Positions 37,104 to 46,857 of a DNA stretch of 64,000 nucleotides are shown piece after piece. Under the pieces are notes generated by a model that worked only from the letters and a program-made list of their open reading frames with translations, did no database searches and was not told the origin of the DNA. The stretch is from Thermoplasmataceae archaeon (lineage in GTDB: Archaea; Thermoplasmatota; Thermoplasmata; Thermoplasmatales; Thermoplasmataceae), in contig JBBYJL010000001.1 in NCBI GenBank assembly GCA_043196285.1, positions 145 to 64,144 of the forward strand, read 5' to 3'. The position numbers and the translations under genes are program-made. Positions within the stretch are counted from its first letter, which is position 1. Each line of letters begins with the position of its first letter.

Positions 37104-38900
37104 TTAGTGTCTCTGTCTTCTTATTCCCGCCACCGCAAGAACAGCAACCACCACTACAACTAGACCGACAATTGCAAGACCTGTTGATGAGCTCAGGAAT
37201 GATCCGATTGTTGAAGTCGAGTTTGTCTGTGCAGAAGTGATCTCAATTGTATGGTTCGAAAAGTGCGGTATATGCACTATAACCACAAATCCACCGGAAA
37301 CGCTGACCGTGGAATATGTGGCGTTCAGCGAGTCAGTAGAGTTTATCACTAGATTCACAGTCTGCGCGCTAACTGTTGTTGAATCGAACTTCACAACAAT
37401 CTTGCTGGAGTTACTTATAACTGTGTTGGGAACAAATACTGCAATGGATGTTCCCGAATGAGTGCTTGAGGAGACTGCAAGGTTAACCCTACCCGATGCT
37501 GCGTTTATGAGGGTCAGGTTCACGGAAGCATTATAATTCATGTTCTGCGAGTTTACGACTCCATTTTCAGACGTGAGTACAACCTGTGTTGCCACTTTTC
37601 CGTGTATTATACCATCAGCCACAGCATTCAGATCACTGTTTCTGGAACCCTGTAGTCCAGGCGGAGCCACAAAAGCTACATGGGCCAGCTCAGATGTTGA
37701 AATGGATACGACCTGACCATTCACATTCAGTTCTCCCTGACTCAGAAGCAGAAATCCCCTGAAGCCATTTCCAGACAGATAAACTCCGTGAGATCCCGCA
37801 TTGACGTTTCCGGAAATTCCACCGGCCTGGTACGTGAAGGCGTTTGAGTTGGTTGCCAATTCAGATCCGGTAAAGCTTGAAGATATACCTCTCGGGGAGA
37901 ACTTTGTTGCTGTTATTCCTGTAGCTAGAGTGAAATTTATTGTACCATTGCTGACAAAGAAGTTGGATTCAAGTGACGGGTTGTCGTGTACCGTCATGAG
38001 ATCGGTATTGTTAAGGTAGGCGAACAGCGAACCCATGAGTACTGGTGTATCAGTGGTGATTACTGGAGCCCTTCCACTTTGCAGCAGACTTCCATTACCC
38101 TTGACCTCAATCTGGCTGAATACAGTCTGTCGATCAACCGTGCTGTTGAAGCCAGTTATAATACCGGTTGACTGATTGAAGGTGAAGTTAAGAAAATCGC
38201 CTGATACGAGCCCTGTAGTTATATTGTAAGCGAAGGCCCTGTTATTCTGAAGGTGATCCAGCAGATAGCTCCTCAGGGAGAGATTGGTCACTATTCCGAG
38301 AACCATGTGCCCGGACGTTGACGTATAGTTGAGGAAAAGCCCGTTTGATGAAAGGTTCGCGTCCGATGTTCCGAAAACTATTACGGGAATCCCTTCAATA
38401 TCCATGCCATATGCTCTGACTGATCCCATGCTTATGCCCATCTGTGTGCTGAATCCTCCCATTCCGAAGTACAAAGAACTGTTAAGCTTAAACTTCAGTG
38501 GAATTGCCTTATGGTCAAGAGTCAGGTTCACAAAGGCTGTTGAGTGAGTAATGTCCATACCTCCAGCAAAGAGAAGGAACAGGTTCGCATCACTTGTTCT
38601 TATTATGCTGCCATTAGTCATTTTTATAGCAACTGATATTCCATTTCCAGTCGGCATGGATAGAGAGGGTGCGCTAACCTTAATCATGCTTGCTATGCCT
38701 GCATTAAGGTTGGTACTGTTGTAATCAAGGTTTGTTACTGTGCTCGCAGTCCCGTTATAGGAGAACAAATAATTTCCCACATTTGCAGTTGTTTGCGAGC
38801 TGTTTGTACCTGTAGCGGCAACAACGCCGGCCCCCATTACAAGGGCAAGCACCATTGCTACTGCTAATGTTTTTGTGATCATATTCTTAAGTAATCCCAA
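37104..38900 (-). CDS. Surface-exposed, C-terminally anchored glycoprotein candidate (S-layer/cell-surface protein)
   Basis: 598 aa. It has an N-terminal signal/anchor (LAVAMVLALVMGAGVVAA), an Asn/Ser/Thr/Gly-rich body with about two dozen N-x-S/T sequons (manual count), and a C-terminal TM helix followed by RRQRH. Confidence 0.6.
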   Translation of the reverse strand: MGLLKNMITKTLAVAMVLALVMGAGVVAATGTNSSQTTANVGNYLFSYNGTASTVTNLDYNSTNLNAGIASMIKVSAPSLSMPTGNGISVAIKMTNGSIIRTSDANLFLLFAGGMDITHSTAFVNLTLDHKAIPLKFKLNSSLYFGMGGFSTQMGISMGSVRAYGMDIEGIPVIVFGTSDANLSSNGLFLNYTSTSGHMVLGIVTNLSLRSYLLDHLQNNRAFAYNITTGLVSGDFLNFTFNQSTGIITGFNSTVDRQTVFSQIEVKGNGSLLQSGRAPVITTDTPVLMGSLFAYLNNTDLMTVHDNPSLESNFFVSNGTINFTLATGITATKFSPRGISSSFTGSELATNSNAFTYQAGGISGNVNAGSHGVYLSGNGFRGFLLLSQGELNVNGQVVSISTSELAHVAFVAPPGLQGSRNSDLNAVADGIIHGKVATQVVLTSENGVVNSQNMNYNASVNLTLINAASGRVNLAVSSSTHSGTSIAVFVPNTVISNSSKIVVKFDSTTVSAQTVNLVINSTDSLNATYSTVSVSGGFVVIVHIPHFSNHTIEITSAQTNSTSTIGSFLSSSTGLAIVGLVVVVVAVLAVAGIRRQRH

Positions 38901-38988
38901 TCCGTCAATAAGATTATTGGTTCAAGTTTGTACCAATCATATTGAATTGAGAAACTATCGAAAATCCATGCTATGCAAACGGAAAGAT

Positions 38989-40104
38989 TCAGAAATATGA
39001 GAGGATATCATAGAAAGTATTTCTCTGTGCAGGAATCCTACCTATTTCCCTTATCATGTAATTTATTTCTTGAGTGGTTGCAGTTTCTTTCCTATCCGTT
39101 GCCCCGAATATCTTTTCACTGAAAGCGGTACCCACAAGATCGCTTCCACCGGAATCAAGGGCAATCTGCGCGAGAAGTTTTCCGATTGCAACCCAGTATA
39201 CGCTGATATTCCTGATTGCAGTTCCCATTAATATCCTTGCCATCGATATTACTTTGAGATCATTCACGCCGGATCCAGGATAGACAACCTTCCCCATTTT
39301 CTGGAGCGGAGTGTTATCTGGACTGAATTTAAGGGGTATGAAGGAGAGAATTCCCGGGACTTCAAGCTGGTTGTCCCTAAGCTTTATCATGTGATCTACT
39401 ATACTTTCCCATGTCTCTACATGACCATATGTCATGGTAGAGTTTCCAGGAATCCCCAGCGAGTGAATGATCTTTGCATCCTCGAGCCACTTTTCTCCCG
39501 AAATCTTTTCCGAGGTTGTTATCTGCTTCCTGATCTTAGGATCAAAAATTTCTGCACCCCCACCTGTATGGGCATCCATTCCTGCATCTCTGAACCTCAA
39601 TACAGTCTCCTTGAGGCTGTTTCCTGTGGTTCTAGCAATAAAATCGATCTCCGGTATGGTGAGGGCTTTCAGCGTTGCCTCAGGAAAAGTGCTTTTCACA
39701 GCCCTGAATACACTTTCATAATATTCCATTCCAAGGTAAGGATTAAAGCCTCCAACGATGTGAATTTCGGTTGCATTAAGGTTCTTCGCCTTCTGGGTCT
39801 CCTGTCTTACCTGTTGCACGCTTAGCTCGTACCCTTTGTCCGTCTTTCCTTTCAGCTTTGCCGGAACATAGAATGCACATATAGGGCAGCTTGCTGAACA
39901 GTAATTGGAATAATTGATATTATAAGAAACAGCATAAGTGACAACATCCCCAACCTGCTTGGATGTTAGTCTTGAACCAAGGATCATCAACTGGAAAAGA
40001 TCAAGATCATTAAGAATGCTCATCGCCTCCTTGAAGCCGATTTGAGTACCCGAGAGTACGGATTCCTGCCAGTATTCAGTGTCGTAATTATTCGTATTCT
40101 GCAT
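38989..40104 (-). CDS. Radical SAM enzyme of the CofH/MqnC/MqnE family (probable futalosine-pathway menaquinone step)
   Basis: 371 aa with the CxxxCxxC cluster in YSNYCSASCPICAFY. Length and the downstream TIM-barrel-like pattern resemble MqnC/MqnE. I cannot tell which paralogue it is. Confidence 0.6.
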   Translation of the reverse strand: MQNTNNYDTEYWQESVLSGTQIGFKEAMSILNDLDLFQLMILGSRLTSKQVGDVVTYAVSYNINYSNYCSASCPICAFYVPAKLKGKTDKGYELSVQQVRQETQKAKNLNATEIHIVGGFNPYLGMEYYESVFRAVKSTFPEATLKALTIPEIDFIARTTGNSLKETVLRFRDAGMDAHTGGGAEIFDPKIRKQITTSEKISGEKWLEDAKIIHSLGIPGNSTMTYGHVETWESIVDHMIKLRDNQLEVPGILSFIPLKFSPDNTPLQKMGKVVYPGSGVNDLKVISMARILMGTAIRNISVYWVAIGKLLAQIALDSGGSDLVGTAFSEKIFGATDRKETATTQEINYMIREIGRIPAQRNTFYDILSYF

Positions 40105-40207
40105 CAGTACTTAATCCAATTTTAGCTAATAACCATTCTCAATCACAGGCGTTGGATACTGGATGAAAGATAAACGCAAAATAAGCAGAGAAGGCATCTG
40201 GCAGGAA

Positions 40208-40882
40208 TTACAGATTTAGTATCTCATATCTTCCGGGTCTTCTCTCCAGTCCCTCTGAAATCTGCCAGTTGAGTTCACCCACTACCTGTTCGGGATTTGC
40301 AGATTCATAAACCGATCTGCCAACAATTACGTAATCAGTACCATTCATCACGGCTTCTACGGCATTTCCTCCCTGCGCACCAATTCCAGGAGAGACTATT
40401 GGCTTATTCATGCTCCTCTCTCTAACCCTTCTTATCATAGAAGGATTGTTCCCAGGAGCAATGAACCCATCGACTCCAGATTTCAAAGCAAGCGAAAGAA
40501 GGCCATCTAGATCCTTCTCCATAAAATCTGAAGCTCCGGGATGGGACATGGCTACAACTGCTAGTACCTTAATCCCACGGGCAGATTCTACCACTGCTCT
40601 CAATGAATCCCCCCCCACAAAGGCATGGGCTATAACGCCATACGCTCCCATTTCGTAAACCTTTTGCGTAATAAGGGAGTTTGTGTTGGGTATGTCAGCG
40701 ATCTTCAGGTCACAGATGACACGGGTGAATCTGGATAGCTTTGCTATAATGCCGGGACCAGCTCCAAGGATCAAAGGCCAGTTTATCTTGACGGCGAATA
40801 CCATATCTGAAACGTTTTTTGAAATCTCCAAGGCTTTTGTCTCTTCAAAAACGTCAAGCGCAATTATCAGCCTGTTATCCAT
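40208..40882 (-). CDS. pyrF: Orotidine 5'-phosphate decarboxylase
   Basis: 224 aa with LIIALDV, KINWPLIL, DLKIADIPNT and IVGRSV. Confidence 0.85.
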   Translation of the reverse strand: MDNRLIIALDVFEETKALEISKNVSDMVFAVKINWPLILGAGPGIIAKLSRFTRVICDLKIADIPNTNSLITQKVYEMGAYGVIAHAFVGGDSLRAVVESARGIKVLAVVAMSHPGASDFMEKDLDGLLSLALKSGVDGFIAPGNNPSMIRRVRERSMNKPIVSPGIGAQGGNAVEAVMNGTDYVIVGRSVYESANPEQVVGELNWQISEGLERRPGRYEILNL

Positions 40883-40924
40883 TGATGTAAAGGATATTAA
40901 AAATACATAATAAGTTAGTGATTA

Positions 40925-42076
40925 CTACCTTATCATGTCGACGCCAATTGAGTCGTCCTTGTCGAGTATGATCTTTTCCAGATTGGAAATATCTTCCGGC
41001 CTGTTTATGACAAATGGAGACTTTATTCCAACCATGAGAACCAGAATGCCGATCTTGTTTTCCTTCCCTTTCTCGACCCTAGCTCCCCATTTTATTGTGG
41101 CGTCAGGATGAATTCTTGAATGTATCTCTGTCATTGCAATCAGGTGTTCCTTGACAGTCATATCAGGTCCACCGGTCACGCTCACAATGCACCCTCTAGC
41201 ATGTGAAATGTCAGCCTCTATAAGGGGGAAAGATATGGCCTGATTGAGAGCATCCATGATCCTGTTTTCTCCTCTGGCTGATTCTCCATAACCCACCATT
41301 GCTGCTCCTCCAGCCTTGAGAACATTTGCCACGTCGGCAAAGTCTACATTTATGAGTCCAGTTTTGGTGATGAGTTCAGTAAGCCCTTTCATTGTTCTGG
41401 TCATTATGGAGTCAGCGTACCTGAACGCATCCTCAGTGTTCTTACTCGGGGATTCTGTTAGCAGCTTATCATTTGGTATGGTGAGGATGGTGTCAGAATA
41501 CCTTGAGAGTTTCTCGAGGCCATGCATTGCATTGTCCATACGGAATTTGCCCTCTGACTTGAAAGGAAGAGTAACAATTGATATCACGATTGCACCAGAC
41601 TCCTTTGCTGCCTTTGCTACTATTGGAGCTGCACCAGTGCCAGTCCCTCCTCCCAGACCACATGTGATAAAGGCAATGTCTGATCCTCTCATGAGCTCCC
41701 TTATCTTGGAAATATCCTCCATTGCAGCATCCTCTCCCACCTTTGGGAGTCCGCCCGATCCAAGCCCTCTGGTTCTCTTGTAACCAATCAAAAGTTTAGC
41801 CTTTGATCTCGTCTGCTTTTCAAGGTGGTTTGCATCAGTGTTGATGGCTAGCAAATCAGCACCCTCAATACCCATCTGATACAGTCTGGTTATTGTGTTG
41901 GCGCCTGCACCTCCACATCCAGCTATTCTTATGCGAACCCTTTTCATCTGCGCGGCTTTTGCTATGTGCTCATCCTGCGGACACTTGTAGTCATCGCCTA
42001 TAATCTCTATTCCGCCAAGATCGTCCTCAACCCTTTTTTGTATGGTTTCCAGCAAGAGAGAATTGTTGTCATACAT
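40925..42076 (-). CDS. ftsZ: Cell division GTPase FtsZ (tubulin/FtsZ family)
   Basis: IRIAGCGGAGANT and the tubulin signature GLGGGTGTGAAPIVA. The track ORF extends to 42172; I prefer ATG 42076 (MYDNNSLL...). I cannot assign the paralogue (FtsZ1 or FtsZ2). Confidence 0.85.
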   Translation of the reverse strand: MYDNNSLLLETIQKRVEDDLGGIEIIGDDYKCPQDEHIAKAAQMKRVRIRIAGCGGAGANTITRLYQMGIEGADLLAINTDANHLEKQTRSKAKLLIGYKRTRGLGSGGLPKVGEDAAMEDISKIRELMRGSDIAFITCGLGGGTGTGAAPIVAKAAKESGAIVISIVTLPFKSEGKFRMDNAMHGLEKLSRYSDTILTIPNDKLLTESPSKNTEDAFRYADSIMTRTMKGLTELITKTGLINVDFADVANVLKAGGAAMVGYGESARGENRIMDALNQAISFPLIEADISHARGCIVSVTGGPDMTVKEHLIAMTEIHSRIHPDATIKWGARVEKGKENKIGILVLMVGIKSPFVINRPEDISNLEKIILDKDDSIGVDMIR

Positions 42077-42736
42077 ATGTCTGCTACTATTGGCAACATA
42101 GTATATAATATTTTTGATATATTCAAGTGTGTTGCATAATTTTCCTATTATGACACCATAGCATTCTGTCACCTAAGGAATGCAGTGAGAACATTCACGA
42201 GAAGTATGATTATTGATCCCGCCCAATTATCACGTGGTATCCAAGAACCTGACAGTGTATTAGATCTGCTGTAAAATTCAAAAGGTCCTGCATAATTCAG
42301 ATTTGAAGAGGCGAAAAAATGCAGGAGCAATTGGGAATAATGAAAGAGCATCCTATAATAAGTAGTGTTCTAAGGAAAGAAAAAATGGAAAGAACAGACT
42401 GCTTCAATGGGTTCTAAACAGTTTAATGGAAGAGGATGCCAGAATTCAGATATCTGCAGATCCATATGAAAGGACAGATAAATGAAAGGCCCACAGAAAC
42501 GGATCGAAGACAAGGAAACGGAAGACATTCCCTGAAGCATTCGCGAACGGGATAGAGGGTATAGGGTTATATCCAAGAAGATTAAGCATCCCCGAATTCA
42601 CAGGGACGTTGACTTCAAAGGGTGGATGTTAACATGGTTAACGGAAATAGTAACCTAGCAATAATAATACAGGACATAGCTTGACCATGAGCATATTTCA
42701 GCCAAGCTAAAATAGTGCAGAACGATCTCATCACCC

Positions 42737-43237
42737 ATGCTAGCAGATACACTTGTGAAGAGCGGAGCTATAAAATTTGGTGAATTTAAGCTGACTTCCG
42801 GAGCAATGTCCAGTTATTATGTGGACATAAAGGAAATATGCACCAATCCTTCAACCCTGAAGGAAATTGTTGAAAACATAAAGCCGAACATTACCGCTGG
42901 TATCATTGCAGGCGTTGAACTGGGAGCTGTTCCCCTGATCGTGGCAACATCCATCATAGCAAACAAGCCGTATATCATAATCAGGAAAGAACGATCCCAT
43001 GGCACAGGTTCACTCATAATCGGTAACAATTTCGAAGGAAAGGAGGTAGATCTTATTGAGGACGTAGTCACCACCGGGGGATCTGTTGTCAAGGCAGTCG
43101 AAATTCTAAGGGAAAACAAGGCTATAGTCAAAAAGGCGATATGTGTTGTAGACAGGGAAGAGGGGGGAAAAAAGAACCTTCTGGATCATGGGATCGAACT
43201 GATACCCCTGGTAAAAATAAGTCAGATCAAGAGATAA
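42737..43237 (+). CDS. pyrE: Orotate phosphoribosyltransferase
   Basis: 166 aa with GAIKFGEFKLTSG and the PRPP-binding motif LIEDVVTTGGS. Confidence 0.85.
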   Translation: MLADTLVKSGAIKFGEFKLTSGAMSSYYVDIKEICTNPSTLKEIVENIKPNITAGIIAGVELGAVPLIVATSIIANKPYIIIRKERSHGTGSLIIGNNFEGKEVDLIEDVVTTGGSVVKAVEILRENKAIVKKAICVVDREEGGKKNLLDHGIELIPLVKISQIKR

Positions 43238-43239
43238 AT

Positions 43240-43893
43240 TCAGGAAAGGGCATCGTCAATTCTTCCCAGTTCTATTGGAGTGGTGGATTCCCCTACAAAC
43301 ACTCCCTTTGAATTGGCTATAACTGAAGACCCGACGTACATACTGCCGAAATTGGCAGTTACGGCCTTAACTCCAACCTTGAAGTAACCCTCAAGGAAAC
43401 TGATCTCATCCTCGTCGGCGGTTGGGGTAACAATCATTCCCTTTTTTGTTAGGACTGAAGCGCTTCCCACGGTCTTGATGCCTCCAATGGTGGCCTTTAT
43501 GACTTCAACATCCATATTATCCTCTATCTCTCTTATGGATTTTGAGCTGAATCCCTGGTGGACTATGGCAGATCTGTCATTTACGACGATGTCGTTCCCC
43601 AGGGCATTAATTTTATCCTTCAGGTAGAAAATCCTTCTACCCCCAAACTCCTCTGAAGTGTGTGATCCATCTTCCTGAGGAGGAAGGGCAACGCTTTTCG
43701 AATTCATCGTGATCATTGAACCGATAAGATAAGAATTGTCTATGTAAAGCAAAAGAGGTTTTACACCGAGAGATGTGCATATTTTCTCAGCAACATCCCT
43801 TTCAACGTTCTTTGGTAGAACTGCAAGATCTTCAGAGATCTTCGCATATATTCCTATAAAATCACTTTTAAGGATCGAAATTTTATTAATCAT
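43240..43893 (-). CDS. eif6: Translation initiation factor 6 (aIF6)
   Basis: 217 aa with pentein-repeat character. It sits in the conserved archaeal cluster S19e - PDCD5-like - L39e - L31e - aIF6. Confidence 0.85.
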   Translation of the reverse strand: MINKISILKSDFIGIYAKISEDLAVLPKNVERDVAEKICTSLGVKPLLLYIDNSYLIGSMITMNSKSVALPPQEDGSHTSEEFGGRRIFYLKDKINALGNDIVVNDRSAIVHQGFSSKSIREIEDNMDVEVIKATIGGIKTVGSASVLTKKGMIVTPTADEDEISFLEGYFKVGVKAVTANFGSMYVGSSVIANSKGVFVGESTTPIELGRIDDALS

Positions 43894-43895
43894 CT

Positions 43896-44177
43896 TTATG
43901 GCAATATTACCTCTGCAGTTTCGTCCTGGAGCTTTACAACTCTGACCTTTATCTTCCTTGGAGATTTTATCCTGCCACGCCTCCAGATCATTTCGTTAAC
44001 CTTCGGATCAATCCAGATATTACCTACACCAAGCCTCATGTGGCGTGCAACCTCTTCCTTAAGGACTTCGATAGACGTGTCAGCCTTTCTTCTCACAGAA
44101 GGACTGCCTGCTTTCTTAAGAGTTACAGTCAGAAAAAACTCGTTAGCAGCTTCATTATTTTCAACCATTATCATCAC
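43896..44177 (-). CDS. rpl31e: 50S ribosomal protein L31e
   Basis: 93 aa with ...RRKADTSIEVLKEEVARHMR...IWIDPKVNEMIWRRGRIKSPRKIKVRV. Confidence 0.85.
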   Translation of the reverse strand: MMIMVENNEAANEFFLTVTLKKAGSPSVRRKADTSIEVLKEEVARHMRLGVGNIWIDPKVNEMIWRRGRIKSPRKIKVRVVKLQDETAEVILP

Positions 44178-44178
44178 C

Positions 44179-44334
44179 TTACAGCTTAAGGCCGTTTCGT
44201 CTCCAGTTTCTTCTCTTATTGTTCTGTGTCATTCTTCTGGCAGTTCTTAGCATTACCCAGCCAGGAACTCTCCTGTTCTGCTTAGTTTTCTTCATAAGTC
44301 TGATCTTTCTTCCGTATTCCTTGTTTCTGCTCAT
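44179..44334 (-). CDS. rpl39e: 50S ribosomal protein L39e (below the ORF-track size cutoff)
   Basis: The minus-strand translation is [51 protein letters not shown]. It is 51 aa and very basic, with the L39e pattern (QNRP/VP.WV..KT...V..N.KRR.WRR). Confidence 0.85.
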   Translation of the reverse strand: MSRNKEYGRKIRLMKKTKQNRRVPGWVMLRTARRMTQNNKRRNWRRNGLKL

Positions 44335-44682
44335 TTACTTATACCTCCATTCAATTTTGGTTTCCTTTTTTGTCCCCGACAGTCTCTCTAGTATGTCTCT
44401 TAGCTCTTCATCGCTGATGACTCTGTTTATTCTGCCAGATCCTGCCAGCTGAATTAGCTGATTCTCAACATTTTCTGCAAGATCTGCACGGACGAGTCGC
44501 ACCCTGCTGAGTCTCTCTCTGGCTTCTGGTGACAGTATCTGCCTTAATATCTGCTGGCGTCTTGCCTTTTCTACATCTGCAGCCTTTTGTTGCTCGGCAG
44601 CCATCTGATCTTCGGCAGCATTTCTCTGCATTTCCTGAATTTTACGTCTTCTGATTGCGTCCAGTTCATCATCATTATCCAT
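44335..44682 (-). CDS. PDCD5/TFAR19-like DNA-binding protein
   Basis: 115 aa with ...ARRQQILRQILSPEARERLSRVRLVRADLAENVENQLIQLAGSGRI...ISDEELRDIL, typical of the archaeal PDCD5-family protein in this ribosomal cluster. Confidence 0.75.
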   Translation of the reverse strand: MDNDDELDAIRRRKIQEMQRNAAEDQMAAEQQKAADVEKARRQQILRQILSPEARERLSRVRLVRADLAENVENQLIQLAGSGRINRVISDEELRDILERLSGTKKETKIEWRYK

Positions 44683-44721
44683 CAGGACTCATCCCCCATC
44701 AAAAGACCAATTGCTCCTGAC

Positions 44722-45174
44722 CTAAATTAGTTTTTTGTAAAATTCATTCTTCTCAGACAATTCCTTTAGAGCTTCTTTAGTGGCCTTGTCAAGTAAGGAT
44801 ACGCCCTGAGGAGAGATCGATCTTCCTTTCGCATCCTTCTTAGCGTACCCAAGATTCTCAAGGGTCTGGAACATGTTTCTCACAATGAACCTGCTTCCCT
44901 TTCTGGGATGGTAACTCCTTGATCCCATATCAACCCTTCCACCATAGTCCGCACTAAGCTTAGAGATTCCAATAGGCCCCTTTATTGAGAGCTTCCTAAG
45001 AGTTGATGCAAGCCTCACGTGATACCAGTCTGCAGTATCCCAGGAATTTTCCTTGTGCACACCGGCCTTAAGGTAATGTACCCATTCCGGAACCTCAATC
45101 CTCTTATCCTCTTTCAGCTTCTCTGCAACCTTTTTAAGCAGGATTTCCGGAGGTACTTCTTTAACGTTAGTCAT
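44722..45174 (-). CDS. rps19e: 30S ribosomal protein S19e
   Basis: 150 aa with VKEVPPEILLKKVAEKLKE...IEVPEWVHYLKAGVHKE...WYHVRLASTLRKL. Confidence 0.85.
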   Translation of the reverse strand: MTNVKEVPPEILLKKVAEKLKEDKRIEVPEWVHYLKAGVHKENSWDTADWYHVRLASTLRKLSIKGPIGISKLSADYGGRVDMGSRSYHPRKGSRFIVRNMFQTLENLGYAKKDAKGRSISPQGVSLLDKATKEALKELSEKNEFYKKLI

Positions 45175-45233
45175 TCACTATCACTTTCGCCGTTGATTTT
45201 ATAGGTATTTATAACTCTTTCGAAGATCAGGTT

Positions 45234-46853
45234 TCATGAATGGATTTCTGGTCCATCAAGGCGTTTTCTGTGCCTGACCAGATCTCCCCTGCCCGCTATT
45301 AAGAAAGAAAACAAGGCAAGATAGACTAAAAGATAGAACATTAAAGGAAGCAGTGGCTGGGACAGGGAAATGGAGAAAATATTAGAAATAAGTTCAAGGA
45401 AAAAGACTGGTATTAGAAGGAATACAAGGGTGAAGACAAAGAGCTTCATGAATCCAAGGTTGCCTCCGAACGACTCCATGTTGATCACTTCGCTATCAGA
45501 AGGTATCCTTTTCAGTAAACGAGAGGCATTCCACAGACTTGTATCAATGAATGAAAATATGAGAACCAGGGGAAGAATGAGAAGGTAGATGAAGGGAGAG
45601 GAAGTTATCACTATAGATATGACAGAAACTGGGACAAGTATGAACAGGAAAATGATGAGGTTGGAAAAAACCTTTGACCTGGCAATTTCTGAATCAGTAA
45701 CAGGCAGGATCCGGTATCCTGGAAAACCCCTGTTTTCAGACACCATTCCCATAATTGTATAGAAAGAGGATGCAAATGCCACAAGTGTTAGAAGCAGGTA
45801 ATAGACACCAAGAGCACTCACACGGCCGCTTCCACCGTAAAGGGAAAGTATAATTGGAAGAGTGATTATCACGGGTGTCATGATAAGGTTGATGTTCTGC
45901 GGTTCCCTTACTATAAGCATCAGATCCTTTCTCAAAAGAGATTTACTAAATCTCTCCGGCTTTGATGGTTTTCCTGTGGCCCTGTTTTTGGGGTCTTCTT
46001 CGATGTTATTGATCCTTTCAAAGGCAATCCTGCTAAGAAAAATACCCAGAAGAAGGAAAAGTGACAGATATATGATTGAGAACAGTAGATCAATCAGGAG
46101 ATCTGCATATACAGGTGTGACAAGGAAAACGGAGTACGGAATGTTTAGTATGAAAGTATAATATCTGGCCGTTCCTGAAAGGGTTGGAATGAAGTTTGAT
46201 ATGGACTCTGGCACATAGATCACAATTTCAAAAACTATCAGCGATCCTATGATTGCAGCATATTTAAGCGCAGCACCGATAGTCTTGAGGCTTTTTCTTG
46301 CGCTCTTCCCGATGGTCTTATAGGAGATGACCGCAAAAAGCGATCCAAACACGAATCCAGAAAAAATCATGATAAGTGTCCAGACGCTTCCGAATAAAAG
46401 TGAATAATAATTACCGGTGAACAGGAAATAGACAATAAGGCTTGGAACCGTAAGAAAAGCAATGGAAGAACCATAAAAAATAAGATAACAGAAGAACAGT
46501 ATCATATTATTTCCCTTCATAGGAAGGGCTTTCAGAGGTTGCAGCAAGTAATTACTTTTGACGCTCTGTATAAGCAGCATTGAGTTGTAGACACTTATCA
46601 AAAATCCATAAACAAATATAACAAAGCCTATGTTTGCAAATTTTATCTCGCTGTATCCACTCAGAAGCCTTGAATATATGAGGATAATGGATATGGAAAG
46701 GAAGGCTATGGAACCAACCCAGTAGTTGAGCATTATCATCCTTTGCACGCTTCCGCTTTTCTTTTGCCTCTTGATGAACGAAGAAAAGTTCTTCACGGCA
46801 TTGTACTTTTGTTCGATCATTATCCTTCTGGAAATCTCGTAAAGATTGTTCAT
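45234..46853 (-). CDS. Polytopic membrane protein, probable permease partner of the adjacent ABC ATPase
   Basis: 539 aa with more than 10 hydrophobic segments. It lies 4 nt downstream of the ABC ATPase gene on the same strand. I recognise no specific family motif. Confidence 0.55.
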   Translation of the reverse strand: MNNLYEISRRIMIEQKYNAVKNFSSFIKRQKKSGSVQRMIMLNYWVGSIAFLSISIILIYSRLLSGYSEIKFANIGFVIFVYGFLISVYNSMLLIQSVKSNYLLQPLKALPMKGNNMILFFCYLIFYGSSIAFLTVPSLIVYFLFTGNYYSLLFGSVWTLIMIFSGFVFGSLFAVISYKTIGKSARKSLKTIGAALKYAAIIGSLIVFEIVIYVPESISNFIPTLSGTARYYTFILNIPYSVFLVTPVYADLLIDLLFSIIYLSLFLLLGIFLSRIAFERINNIEEDPKNRATGKPSKPERFSKSLLRKDLMLIVREPQNINLIMTPVIITLPIILSLYGGSGRVSALGVYYLLLTLVAFASSFYTIMGMVSENRGFPGYRILPVTDSEIARSKVFSNLIIFLFILVPVSVISIVITSSPFIYLLILPLVLIFSFIDTSLWNASRLLKRIPSDSEVINMESFGGNLGFMKLFVFTLVFLLIPVFFLELISNIFSISLSQPLLPLMFYLLVYLALFSFLIAGRGDLVRHRKRLDGPEIHS

Positions 46854-46857
46854 TGTT

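Noticed and set aside
42205-42258. A possible C/D-box sRNA (ATGATTA...CCTGA) in the ftsZ-pyrE spacer.
   Set aside because: The C box is non-canonical (ATGATTA rather than RUGAUGA). I see no clear internal D' and C' boxes and no terminal stem. The evidence is too weak to call.
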